Notes: a model not told the origin generated them from the letters alone. DNA of 32,000 bases from Hyphomicrobium sp. (GCA_035325525.1 DAOKZR010000004.1:250807-282806), one strand, 5' to 3'. Counted from the stretch's first letter, positions 24,076 through 32,000 are shown. Program-made: numbers and translations.

Positions 24076-24257
24076 GGGGAGCACATCCTTGACCAGCCCG
24101 CGACAGCGCGGGGACGACAACCGGGCCGGGCCCGGCGAACGGCGCCGGGCTGCGGGCTATCGCCAGCATGCGGCGCCCAGGTTAAGGCGGCGTGAAAATC
24201 CGTAGCAAATTGCGACGTCGCACGGCGTCCATGGACACGCCGCGCGAGCGCTGCGTG

Positions 24258-25067
24258 CTACTCCTCGCGGTAGACCCGTTCGCGGCGCTCGTGGCGTTCC
24301 TGGGCCTCGAGCGACAAGGTTGCGATCGGACGGGCATCGAGGCGCTTCAAGCCGATCGGTTCGCCGGTCTCCTCGCAATAGCCGTATGAGCCGTCCTCGA
24401 TGCGCGCCAGGGCAGCGTCGATCTTGGCGATCAGCTTGCGCTGACGGTCACGCGTGCGCAATTCCGTGGCGCGATCGGTTTCGGAGGTCGCGCGATCGGC
24501 GAGGTCGGCGTGCTGCGTGGAGTCCTCATGCAGAATGGCGAGCGTCTCGCGCGTCTGGCGCAGTATTTCATCCTTCCATTCGAGAAGCCGCTTGCGAAAG
24601 TACGCGCGGTGCATCTCGTTCATGAAGGGCTCGTCCTCCGAGGGCCGGTAGTCTGGCGGCACCACAATCTCCGAAACCTTGGCGCGAGCAGCCATCTTTT
24701 TCTGTCCCCCTTCGGTTTTCTTCGATTGCCCGGACTTCGACACCGCTAGGGTGCGTGCGGGGGTCTTTACCCCTCCCGCAGCTGCTTTGGAAGCCGGGAC
24801 TGCCTTTGCGGCGGCCGCCGGCTTCGCGGGCGACTTGGCTTTGGCCGATGGCGCAGCCTTAGATGTCCTGCTGGTTCTGCCGGGTTTAGCGGCCGCCGCT
24901 TTAGGAGCGGCCTTTGCCGCCGGCTTGGCCGATGTGGCCGCAGGCTTGCCGGACTGTTTGCCGGCAGCAGGGGTCCTGGCAGGAGCCGATGCGCTCCGGC
25001 CGCCAGTGGAGCCAGACCCAGTGGAGCCAGACTTGGCGCCGGATCTTGCGTTTTGCTTCTTGCTCAT
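24258..25067 (-). CDS. dksA: RNA polymerase-binding transcription factor DksA with a 124-aa Lys/Ala/Pro/Ser-rich N-terminal extension
   Basis: ORF track 24258..25163. ATG 25067 is preceded by GGGAGG (6-nt spacing) and a sigma70-like promoter. The C-terminal 145 aa (from the internal ATG 24695) are canonical DksA: coiled-coil tip DLADRA (DxxDxA) and the alphaproteobacterial single-Cys finger DGSYGYCEETGEPIGLKRLDARP. Confidence 0.85.
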   Translation of the reverse strand: MSKKQNARSGAKSGSTGSGSTGGRSASAPARTPAAGKQSGKPAATSAKPAAKAAPKAAAAKPGRTSRTSKAAPSAKAKSPAKPAAAAKAVPASKAAAGGVKTPARTLAVSKSGQSKKTEGGQKKMAARAKVSEIVVPPDYRPSEDEPFMNEMHRAYFRKRLLEWKDEILRQTRETLAILHEDSTQHADLADRATSETDRATELRTRDRQRKLIAKIDAALARIEDGSYGYCEETGEPIGLKRLDARPIATLSLEAQERHERRERVYREE

Positions 25068-25173
25068 CGTCTGCCTCCCATGAGGCCACGTGCGCCATTC
25101 TTGACAGCCAGGGCGCCGGGCAAATGGATCTCCCGAATGTGCGACTCGTGTCCCCGCCAACAAGGCCGCACCG

Positions 25174-25201
25174 TATTTAGGCGGGGCGGGCTTCCTGTCA
25201 A
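25174..25201 (-). promoter_or_regulatory. Sigma70-like promoter TTGACA-N16-TAAATA reading toward dksA
   Basis: The minus strand reads cTTGACAggaagcccgccccgccTAAATAcgg. This is about 100 nt upstream of the dksA long-form ATG (25067). Confidence 0.55.
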
Positions 25202-25325
25202 GCTGGGGAACGCGATTCCATGCCTTATCCGTGCTAGATAACGTAACTGTGACAATATCTTAGCCGGAAAGAGGCAAAGCTCGCCCCACCGAACGCAGTG
25301 CGAAGGGGCAAATTTCTCCATAGCC

Positions 25326-25341
25326 TTAACGCGGTGTTAAC
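25326..25341 (+). promoter_or_regulatory. Full CtrA box TTAA-CGCGGTG-TTAAC
   Basis: Exact match to TTAA-N7-TTAAC, and the only one I found in the window. It lies in the 740-bp dksA/moxR-like intergenic region. Confidence 0.6.
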
Positions 25342-25571
25342 CTGTTTGATGCACTCTAAGGTTGTTCTTTGAATATCACTCTCTTTCTGATTGCGCACGG
25401 ACTCCGCTCCCATGAGGCCCGCAGCACCCGCAGATCCAGACGAGACGTGAACAAAGAAGACTGGCGCAATCGAGCCACGCGCAAGTCCGCCCCGCCCCCC
25501 AGCCCACACCGGAGGCGGACATGGGCCTAAGCCGGTTGCGCCTCTCGGGTGGGCTTCTGTCAGGCCGCCCG

Positions 25572-25618
25572 AAGCGCCGCTCCTTGGCCCACACAAGGAG
25601 CGGCGCTTTCGTTTCTTG
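25572..25618 (+). terminator. Strong orphan rho-independent terminator (14-bp stem aagcgccgctcctt / aaggagcggcgctt, 9-nt loop, tcgtttctt tail)
   Basis: Read directly. No credible + strand CDS ends upstream of it. Confidence 0.75.
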
Positions 25619-25716
25619 CCAAGGCCCATTCAGCCCCCATGACGTTCAGGCGCGCTGCGCCAGCCGCCACTCCCGGCGCGGCGCGATGCTCCGTTCTCTT
25701 GCGGCGGGAAGCTTAC

Positions 25717-25874
25717 TAGAGCCATTTGCGTGTTTCGTGGGTCATTTGCACGTTTCGTGGAATGGCTCTACGCGTTTGTTCTGTCGCGCTTGTGATCGGA
25801 AAGCCGGTTCCCGCTGTTTCCAAAAAACGCTCTTTGTTTCATCGCGCTTCTGGCTGGAAGACCCGCTGCCCCAG
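25717..25874 (+). repeat. Dispersed intergenic repeat, locus 4: 10-bp hairpin enclosing a 20-bp tandem duplication, then one good and one degenerate core copy
   Basis: tagagccatt (25717..25726) pairs with aatggctcta (25761..25770). Inside it are catttgcgtgtttcgtgg and catttgcacgtttcgtgg. Then tttgttctgtcgcgcttgtgatcggaaagccggttcccgctgtttcc and tcgcgcttctggctggaagacccgctgcccc. Confidence 0.7.
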
Positions 25875-25903
25875 AACGCGCCCTAAACCCGAGGCCACAT
25901 CCC

Positions 25904-26749
25904 ATGCAATTCGAAGGCACCAAGAGCTACGTCGCGACCGACGATCTGAAAATCGCCGTCAACGCCGCGATCACGCTGCAAAGGCCCCTGCTCATCAAGG
26001 GCGAGCCGGGCACGGGCAAGTCGGTGCTTGCCGCCGAGGTGGCGGGCGCGCTCGGCGTTCCCTTGATCGAATGGCATATCAAATCGACGACCAAAGCCCA
26101 GCAGGGCCTCTATGAGTATGACGCCGTTTCGCGACTGCGCGATGGCCAGCTCGGCGATGCGCGCGTCAAGGACATCGCCAACTACATCAAGCGCGGCAAG
26201 CTGTGGGACGCCTTTGTGCGCGATCAGCGTCCCGTGCTGCTCATCGACGAGATCGACAAGGCCGACATCGAGTTTCCAAACGACCTGCTCCAGGAGCTCG
26301 ATCGCATGGAGTTCTTCGTCTACGAGACCGGCGAAACGATCAAGGCCAGGAACCGCCCGATCGTGATGATCACGTCCAACAATGAAAAAGAACTGCCCGA
26401 CGCCTTCCTGCGCCGTTGCTTCTTCCATTTCATCAAGTTCCCCGATGCCGAGACCATGGCGCGCATCGTGGAGGTGCATTTTCCGGGACTCAAGGGCCGT
26501 CTCGTGCAGGAGGCGCTGCGCGTGTTCTACGAGTTGCGCGATGTGCCGGGCCTAAAGAAAAAACCGTCGACGTCCGAGCTTCTTGATTGGCTGAAGCTGC
26601 TCCTGAATGAGGACATCGATCCTGCGCTGCTGCGCGAAAGCGATCCGCGCAAACTCGTTCCCCCGCTTGCGGGCGCGCTGATCAAGAACGAGCAGGATAC
26701 CCACCTGCTCGAGAGGCTCGCGTTCATGGGCCGCAGACGCGGTGAGTAG
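25904..26749 (+). CDS. MoxR-type AAA+ ATPase (AAA_5)
   Basis: ORF track, 281 aa. Walker A GEPGTGKS, Walker B VLLIDEIDKA, sensor/arginine region ITSNNEKELPDAFLRRC. No VWA-domain partner gene follows. Confidence 0.88.
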   Translation: MQFEGTKSYVATDDLKIAVNAAITLQRPLLIKGEPGTGKSVLAAEVAGALGVPLIEWHIKSTTKAQQGLYEYDAVSRLRDGQLGDARVKDIANYIKRGKLWDAFVRDQRPVLLIDEIDKADIEFPNDLLQELDRMEFFVYETGETIKARNRPIVMITSNNEKELPDAFLRRCFFHFIKFPDAETMARIVEVHFPGLKGRLVQEALRVFYELRDVPGLKKKPSTSELLDWLKLLLNEDIDPALLRESDPRKLVPPLAGALIKNEQDTHLLERLAFMGRRRGE

Positions 26750-26848
26750 CCCCAGAGCGCTTGTCGGGAACGAGAGCGCTCGTGGGAAAAGCGGCAAGCG
26801 CGCCACAGCGCCAGAATGCCTTCCAGGGAGTAGAGGCCTTCGTGCAGC

Positions 26849-28645
26849 TCATAATGAGGCGAGTTTGACGTCCGCGTGGAACTGATTACTGACCGTCGTC
26901 GGGTTTACATAACCCGCACGGATGCAGAAATCGCCGAAGTGCTCGCCATCCTTGCGGTCCTTGGCATAGGCTTTGAAGATGGGGTCCAGAAGCGCCAGGA
27001 TCCGCTCCTCGTTCACGTCTTGCGCGTAGAGCTTCGACAGGCGCGAACCGTCGAACGCCGCGCCCAGGTACATGTTGTAGAGACCTGGATTGCGGCCCGC
27101 AAAGCCGATCTCGGCGAGATAGGGCCGTGCGCATCCGTTAGGGCAGCCCGTCATGCGTATGACGATATCCTCTTGGCGCAAGCCGGCCTTGTCGAGGCTG
27201 TCTTCCAACTTGGTGATGAGGCTCGGCAGGTAGCGCTCGCTTTCGGCCAGGGCGAGGCCGCAGGTTGGCAGCGCCACGCACGCCATGGCATTGGCCCGCA
27301 GCCGCGAGGAAACCTCGAGCGAAACGCCATTGGCTTTCAGAATGCCTTCGATCTTCGCCTTCGACTTGGCGGCGACCTTCGCCATCGTCACGTTCTGATT
27401 GGCCGTGGCGATGAACTCGCAAATGCCCAGATCCGCGATCTCGCGCAGCGCCTTCTTGAGCGCGCGCCCTTCGACGTCCTTGATGCGTCCGTTCTCGATG
27501 AACAAGGTAAGGTTCCAGTTCTTGTCCTCGCCCTGCCGCCATCCAAGCACGTCGCTCGTGCCCTCGAACTTGAAGGGGCGAGGTTCACCGAGCTTGAAGC
27601 CGCAGCGATTCTCGACCTCGGTACGGAAGTTCTCCAACCCCTTGTCTTCGATAGTGTATTTCAGGCGCGCGCGGGCGCGGTTCTCGCGATTGCCCCAGTC
27701 ACGCTGCGTGGTCATCACGCATTCGGCAACCTTTATGACCTGATCGGGCGTGCAAAACGCCATGAGGTCACCGGTGCGCGGGAAGGTATTGGTGTCACCG
27801 TGCGTCATGCCCATGCCTCCGCCCACCGTCACGTTCCAGCCGGCGATCTCGCCCTTCTCGATGATGGCGATGAAGCCGAGGTCATGGGCAAAAACGTCCA
27901 CGTCGTTGCTCGGCGGGACCGCAAACACGATCTTGAACTTGCGCGGCAGGTAATGGACTCCGTAGAAGGGCTCCTCGTTCTTCTTGGCCGACCGCGAAGC
28001 CTCCTCGACCTTCTCCCCATCGAGCCAGATCTCGTGATAGGCGCCGGTCTTGGGCAGAAGGTGTGCGCTGACGGCAAGGCCCAGCTCGTAGGCTTGCTTG
28101 TTCGCCTTTGAAAGATAGGGATTGGACACCGTCATCACGTTGCGGTTGACGTCGCCGCACGCCGCACGGGTGTCGAGCGCGGCCTTGTTGATGGCCTGCA
28201 TCGTGCGCTTCAGGTTCGACTTAATGACGCCATGATACTGGAACGTCTCGCGCGTCGTCAGGCGCATCGAGTTGTTCGCGTAGGTGGTGGCGATGCCGTC
28301 GAGCGCGATCCATTGCTTGGCCGTGAGCACCCCGCCGGGAATGCGCAAGCGCAACATGAAGATGTAGGCCTTCTCGAGCTTCTTTTTTGCGCGTTCGGCG
28401 CGAACGTCGCGATCATCCTGCAGGTAGGATCCGTGGAACTTGAGGATCTGGGTATCCTCCTCCACGATGCTTCCGGTGGATTGAACCTTGATCTCTTCGG
28501 CCAGCGTGCCGCGAAGCTGGCGGCTGGCTTCCTTGACGAACTCGTTCCTTGAGCGCTTTTCGGTCATGTCTTGACGTGTCCTGAGGTCGTTTGCCCCTTC
28601 GCTCGGAAGGGTCGCGGGATGGGCGGAACAAGTTTGTCCGCTCAT
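26849..28645 (-). CDS. cysI: Assimilatory sulfite reductase (NADPH) haemoprotein beta-component
   Basis: ORF track, 598 aa. LRGTLAEE...ILKFHGSYLQDDRD, MLRLRIPGG, TTRETFQYHG, siroheme/4Fe-4S Cys motifs ACGDVNRN, CVALPTCGLA and TGCPNGCARP. ATG 28645 has a GGGGAGA SD. ATG 28567 is an alternative start. Confidence 0.93.
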   Translation of the reverse strand: MSGQTCSAHPATLPSEGANDLRTRQDMTEKRSRNEFVKEASRQLRGTLAEEIKVQSTGSIVEEDTQILKFHGSYLQDDRDVRAERAKKKLEKAYIFMLRLRIPGGVLTAKQWIALDGIATTYANNSMRLTTRETFQYHGVIKSNLKRTMQAINKAALDTRAACGDVNRNVMTVSNPYLSKANKQAYELGLAVSAHLLPKTGAYHEIWLDGEKVEEASRSAKKNEEPFYGVHYLPRKFKIVFAVPPSNDVDVFAHDLGFIAIIEKGEIAGWNVTVGGGMGMTHGDTNTFPRTGDLMAFCTPDQVIKVAECVMTTQRDWGNRENRARARLKYTIEDKGLENFRTEVENRCGFKLGEPRPFKFEGTSDVLGWRQGEDKNWNLTLFIENGRIKDVEGRALKKALREIADLGICEFIATANQNVTMAKVAAKSKAKIEGILKANGVSLEVSSRLRANAMACVALPTCGLALAESERYLPSLITKLEDSLDKAGLRQEDIVIRMTGCPNGCARPYLAEIGFAGRNPGLYNMYLGAAFDGSRLSKLYAQDVNEERILALLDPIFKAYAKDRKDGEHFGDFCIRAGYVNPTTVSNQFHADVKLASL

Positions 28646-28678
28646 CCAGGTCTCCCCCAGCGGGGGACGTGATGGCCT

Positions 28679-30466
28679 TTAATAGACGTCGCGCTGATAG
28701 CGGCCGGCCTTGGCGAGTTCTTTCAGCTTGGCTTTGCCGGCCTCTTCATCGCCCTGCGCATTCTCGGCAAGGATCTTGACGAGCGCTGCGTCCACGTCCT
28801 TGGCCATGCCTTTCTCGTCGCCGCACACGTAGATGTGCGCCCCGTCCCCGATCCAGCGCTGCAGGTCCGCGCGGCGCTCCCACAAGCGATGCTGCACGTA
28901 GATCTTCTCAGGCTGGTCGCGCGAGAAGGCGACGTCGATGTTGGACAAGGCGCCCGATGCCAGATGGTCCTGCCATTCGAGCTGATAGAGGAAGTCGTTG
29001 GTGAAGTTGCGCTCACCAAAGAAGAGCCAGCTCTTGCCGGTGGCGCCCGTCTCCGCGCGCTCTTCCACGAAGCCGCGGTAGGGTGCAACGCCGGTACCCG
29101 CGCCGATCATGATGATGGGCATACCGCCGTCCGCGGGGAGCCGGAAGTGCCGGTTCGGCTTGACGTAGATCCGCGCGCTGGCGCCGGGCTTGCGCCGGTC
29201 GGCAAGGTAGGTCGAGGCAACGCCCTTGCGCATCTTGCCATGGCTTTGCCAGCGCACCGTGCCAACCGTGAGATGCGCTTCGCCCGGATGCGCCTTGATG
29301 CTTGAAGCAACCGAATAGAGTCTGCCCGGCAGCGGACGCAGCAGCGACAGAAGCTGCTCGGCATTCAAAGTTTCCCGATGGGTCTCGAACAGATCGATGA
29401 GTTGCCGGTCGGCGGCAAAGCGTGCCAGGGCATCGCCCTCCAGCAACGCCTTGACGTCGGCGCGGCCCGTCAGCCTGGCGTAATTTTCAACCAGCGGCTT
29501 CGATAGCGTGGTGACGTCGTAGGACTTCTGAATTTTTGCCGACAGCGCCCCATCCGATGACAGACCCGTCGCCTCCAGAAGCTGATGGACGAGGACAGGA
29601 TCGTTCTCAGGCAGAATGCCGATGGCATCGCCCGGCGCGTAAGTGAAGGCCGGATCTTCGGTCGCGAACTCGACGTGCCAGGTCTCACGCGTTGAGCCAG
29701 TGCCGTTGAGATTGATGAGAGTCGAGATCTCCGCCTCCAACGGGCTCTCGGCAGTGAAGGCCGGTTCGGTGTCATCATCCTCGCCGGCCGCGGCGGCGCC
29801 TTTGAAATCGACGTGGACCACGGTCGCCCCGCCGCCGGTGTCAGCGGGCGCCAACTTGGAGAGCGCCTTATCCGTCCAATCCGCGGCCTGCTTGGCGAAA
29901 TCGAGGTCGCAATCGACGCGGTCGGCGGCGCGGATGCCGCCCAGCGCCTCCAGCCGGGCATCGATGCGCTTGCCGGCTTCGCAGAATTGCGCATACGCGG
30001 TATCGCCCAGCGCCAGAACGGCGAAGCGAACGCCGTCGAGCCGCGGCGCGTTATCGCCCATGAGTCCCTGATAGAAATCGGCGGCGCGGCTGGGCGGATC
30101 GCCCTCGCCCCAGGTTGCAGCATAAACGACGATGTTCTTGGCCTTGCCAAGCAGCGCCATGTCGGCGTCCGCCATGTCGTAGATCTTGGCCTCGAAGCCG
30201 TGCTTGGCGGCGGCCTTCTTGGCCTTCATCGCCAACCCCTCGGCGTTGCCGCTCTCGCTCGCATAGAGGATCGTGAGCGGCGTACGCGGCTTGGGCGGAG
30301 CCACAGGTGCAACGGCGCCGGCGCCTTGCGCGGCCTCGAAGCCCGCAAAGAAGCCCGACAGCCAACTGCGCTGCAGGGGTGTCGATTTGGCGACGACCTT
30401 ATTCAAGGTGTCGATGTCTTCAGCCGTAAACGGCGCGTTCTTCGGCAACAATGGAATAGTCGTCAC
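28679..30466 (-). CDS. cysJ: Assimilatory sulfite reductase (NADPH) flavoprotein alpha-component
   Basis: ORF track 28679..30490. I start at GTG 30466 (GGAGAG SD), giving MTTIPLLPKNAPFTAEDIDTL. Flavodoxin block ILYASESGNAEGLA, FAD/NADPH blocks RLYSVASS, GAGTGVAPYRGF, and the C-terminal RYQRDVY. Confidence 0.93.
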   Translation of the reverse strand: MTTIPLLPKNAPFTAEDIDTLNKVVAKSTPLQRSWLSGFFAGFEAAQGAGAVAPVAPPKPRTPLTILYASESGNAEGLAMKAKKAAAKHGFEAKIYDMADADMALLGKAKNIVVYAATWGEGDPPSRAADFYQGLMGDNAPRLDGVRFAVLALGDTAYAQFCEAGKRIDARLEALGGIRAADRVDCDLDFAKQAADWTDKALSKLAPADTGGGATVVHVDFKGAAAAGEDDDTEPAFTAESPLEAEISTLINLNGTGSTRETWHVEFATEDPAFTYAPGDAIGILPENDPVLVHQLLEATGLSSDGALSAKIQKSYDVTTLSKPLVENYARLTGRADVKALLEGDALARFAADRQLIDLFETHRETLNAEQLLSLLRPLPGRLYSVASSIKAHPGEAHLTVGTVRWQSHGKMRKGVASTYLADRRKPGASARIYVKPNRHFRLPADGGMPIIMIGAGTGVAPYRGFVEERAETGATGKSWLFFGERNFTNDFLYQLEWQDHLASGALSNIDVAFSRDQPEKIYVQHRLWERRADLQRWIGDGAHIYVCGDEKGMAKDVDAALVKILAENAQGDEEAGKAKLKELAKAGRYQRDVY

Positions 30467-31169
30467 GGATCTCTCCAATGGGCAGCGCACACGCCATCAC
30501 GCGAAAACCGCCCCCTCGTTCTTGCGCGCCTCGACGCACAGCTGTCCGGGCAGCAGAGAATTTGCCGCCCCGTCAAATGGCTCAAGGCGCAACACCCAGT
30601 CGCTGACAGGGAATTATTTTTCAAATATCACGAACATTGGACCCTATCAATAGTATGTAAATCCAATTATAGGCACTCGTAGGTACAATATTTCTTCTTA
30701 TTGCCGCTTTCGGAGACGGCAGCGCCCTTTCGGGTCCCGACCGTACCGGCGACGCCAGCCGAATACCTTAGCCGGCGCAGCCTCCTCTATCGCGCAAGGC
30801 TGGCGCCTGACGGCCCTTCCGGGACATCGTCGCCGGGTCATTGCAACGTTATCGGATCATCCGATGTCTCATTGGTCGCGCCGGCTTTGCGTGAAGCCTT
30901 CCGCCCGTGATCCGCGCAAAGTGTAATGATACAAAATTACATAGAGATCGCACATACTTACACACGTAGACGTGAAGCGCCTTGAGTTGCCCGGCGGGTC
31001 CCTTTCGTGATCTAAAGATTTCGAGACGGATGGATCTTGACTTCTCGAGATCGATCCGCAGAGTGGGCCGGCACACGGAGAATGTGTCTGCCCCAGGGTC
31101 GATCCCCGACCAGCTTGAGTCTGGGTTTGGGTCTGAGACGGCAGCTTTTTTGAAATTGGAGGAAACCAC

Positions 31170-31259
31170 ATGAAGACCTGGTCGAAGCCCGAAGTTCGTG
31201 AGCAGGAAGTTGGCCTCGAAGTGACGAGCTACCTCCCCGCCGAGATCGACGTCATCTAA
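31170..31259 (+). CDS. pqqA: Coenzyme PQQ precursor peptide
   Basis: Below the ORF-track cut-off. GGAGGAAACCAC then ATG. MKTWSKPEVREQEVGLEVTSYLPAEIDVI (29 aa) with the invariant E-x3-Y (E17...Y21). pqqB follows. Confidence 0.93.
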   Translation: MKTWSKPEVREQEVGLEVTSYLPAEIDVI

Positions 31260-31274
31260 GCGTGATGCTCTCGG

Positions 31275-31293
31275 ACTCACGCAAACCGTGAGT
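31275..31293 (+). terminator. pqqA-proximal stem-loop (actcacg-caaac-cgtgagt) followed by TT; a likely partial terminator or attenuator
   Basis: 7-bp stem 16 nt after the pqqA stop. pqqA-pqqB hairpins that give excess short pqqA transcript are described in other PQQ producers. Confidence 0.45.
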
Positions 31294-31334
31294 TTCCGGC
31301 GCGGCGGTCGATGTTCGTCATCGGCCGCCGCAGT

Positions 31335-31379
31335 CATTTCAGGCTCTCCCATTTCAGGCACTCCCGGTTCAGGCACTCG
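31335..31379. repeat. 15-bp tandem repeat x3 in the pqqA-pqqB spacer (catttcaggctctcc / catttcaggcactcc / cggttcaggcactcg)
   Basis: Read directly. The shared core is TTCAGGC(A/T)CTC. Confidence 0.85.
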
Positions 31380-31426
31380 GCGACTCCGGTCCGGCCGGTG
31401 CAGCCGCATCGGATTTGGCTATCCAA

Positions 31427-32000
31427 ATGATCATCAAAATTCTCGGCTCCGGGGCGGGAGGCGGTTTCCCGCAGTGGAACTGCAACGGCATCCACTCCTC
31501 TGCCGTTCGTGCAGGCAAGCCCGGCTACAGGGCGCGCACGCAATCCTCCCTGGCGGTCTCGGCGGACGGGCGCAATTGGGTTTTGCTCAATGCCTCGCCC
31601 GATCTGCGCCAGCAGATCGCCGACAACCCAGAACTGCATCCCGATAAGACGGGACCGCTGCGCAACAGCCCGATCAAAGCGGCCGTGCTCACCAACGCCG
31701 ACGTCGATCACATCGTCGGCCTCATTAATCTGCGCGAGCGCCAGCCCTTTTCGATCTACGGCTCCGATCGTGTGCTCGCGACGATCAAGGCAAATTCCAT
31801 CTTCGACGTGTGCGCCCAAGATATCGTGCCTCGCATAACCCTGCCGCTCGGCGAGAAGATCGAGCTAACGGGCGACGGCGCCGATCTGGGCCTGACGGTG
31901 GAAGCGTTCGCGGTTTCCGGCAAGATCGCGCTCTTTCTGGAAAAGGGCGGAGAGGATACCAACTACGGCAGCCGTGACGGCGATACGATCGGCCTTGAGA
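31427..32000 (+). CDS. pqqB: PQQ biosynthesis protein B (metallo-beta-lactamase fold), N-terminal part; runs off the right edge
   Basis: Absent from the ORF track (no stop in the window). Translation from ATG 31427 gives MIIKILGSGAGGGFPQWNCNGIHSSAVRAGKPGYRARTQSSLAVSADGRNWVLLNASPDLRQQI...AAVLTNADVDHIVGL, the classic PqqB N-terminus. Confidence 0.93.
   Translation, partial: MIIKILGSGAGGGFPQWNCNGIHSSAVRAGKPGYRARTQSSLAVSADGRNWVLLNASPDLRQQIADNPELHPDKTGPLRNSPIKAAVLTNADVDHIVGLINLRERQPFSIYGSDRVLATIKANSIFDVCAQDIVPRITLPLGEKIELTGDGADLGLTVEAFAVSGKIALFLEKGGEDTNYGSRDGDTIGLE

Noticed and set aside
25207-25235. EcfG/general-stress-type promoter (GGAAC-N16-17-CGTT) near GGAACgcgattcc...
   Set aside because: The -10 element would be CGTG at 18-nt spacing rather than CGTT at 16-17 nt. 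This is not a convincing match.
25521-25886. 121-aa ORF with a good GGAGG SD in the dksA/moxR-like intergenic region
   Set aside because: It reads straight through a 14-bp-stem intrinsic terminator and through copies of the dispersed repeat. The composition (R/S/L/G-rich) looks non-coding.
31083-31150. Terminator-like ggcagcTTTTTT immediately upstream of pqqA
   Set aside because: I could only pair 5 bp (ctgcc/ggcag) for a stem, which is not enough to call a terminator. The T-run may simply be part of the pqqA promoter or leader.
30849-31409. 186-aa minus-strand ORF covering the pqqA locus
   Set aside because: It is antisense to the unmistakable pqqA peptide gene and its spacer repeats, with no motifs and no SD.

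Overview
GC-rich chromosomal segment that looks alphaproteobacterial (Hyphomicrobiales-type gene content, PQQ biosynthesis genes at the right edge). From the sequence I can support about 27 protein-coding genes, one TPP riboswitch, several intrinsic terminators, two FNR/FixK-type boxes, one CtrA box, one sigma70-like promoter and a dispersed intergenic repeat family at four loci. Gene order, left to right: hemN (partial, -), an orphan CusS/CopS-like sensor kinase, an aldo/keto reductase, TPP riboswitch plus thiC, gdhA, a secreted C2-like protein (-), a polysaccharide deacetylase (-), a PQQ-dependent sugar dehydrogenase followed by cytochrome c (-), a small exported protein, a bactofilin, a di-haem cytochrome c peroxidase overlapping (ATGA) a 780-aa qNOR-like haem-copper oxidase, a small Cys-rich exported protein (-), corA, three tandem RlpA-like DPBB genes, an endostatin-like/DUF1554 secreted protein (-), a small exported ORF (-), dksA with a long Lys/Ala/Pro-rich N-terminal extension (-), a MoxR-type AAA+ ATPase, cysJ-cysI (-), pqqA and pqqB (partial). 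I saw no tRNA, rRNA, CRISPR array, transposase, integrase or phage genes, so this is core-like chromosome rather than an island. The main finding is the qNOR-like protein. It keeps all haem ligands but has Asn in place of the third FeB-ligand His (SHNFYW instead of HH), Gln in place of the conserved helix-VIII Glu (STLQVVPL), and no Glu at the quinol-site position. As I recall, this combination was used to nominate putative nitric oxide dismutases. The gene is translationally coupled to a membrane-anchored CCP/MauG-type di-haem protein and sits behind an FNR-like box. Secondary observations: a CtrA box plus an orphan strong terminator (candidate sRNA), a DksA fused to a histone-H1/AlgP-like tail, a bacterial endostatin-like protein, a C2-like secreted protein, a G9/C8 inverted homopolymer hairpin inside a small CDS, and a 25-codon ORF with a 15-nt perfect anti-SD complement. 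All functional calls come from motif recognition by eye; no database search was possible.
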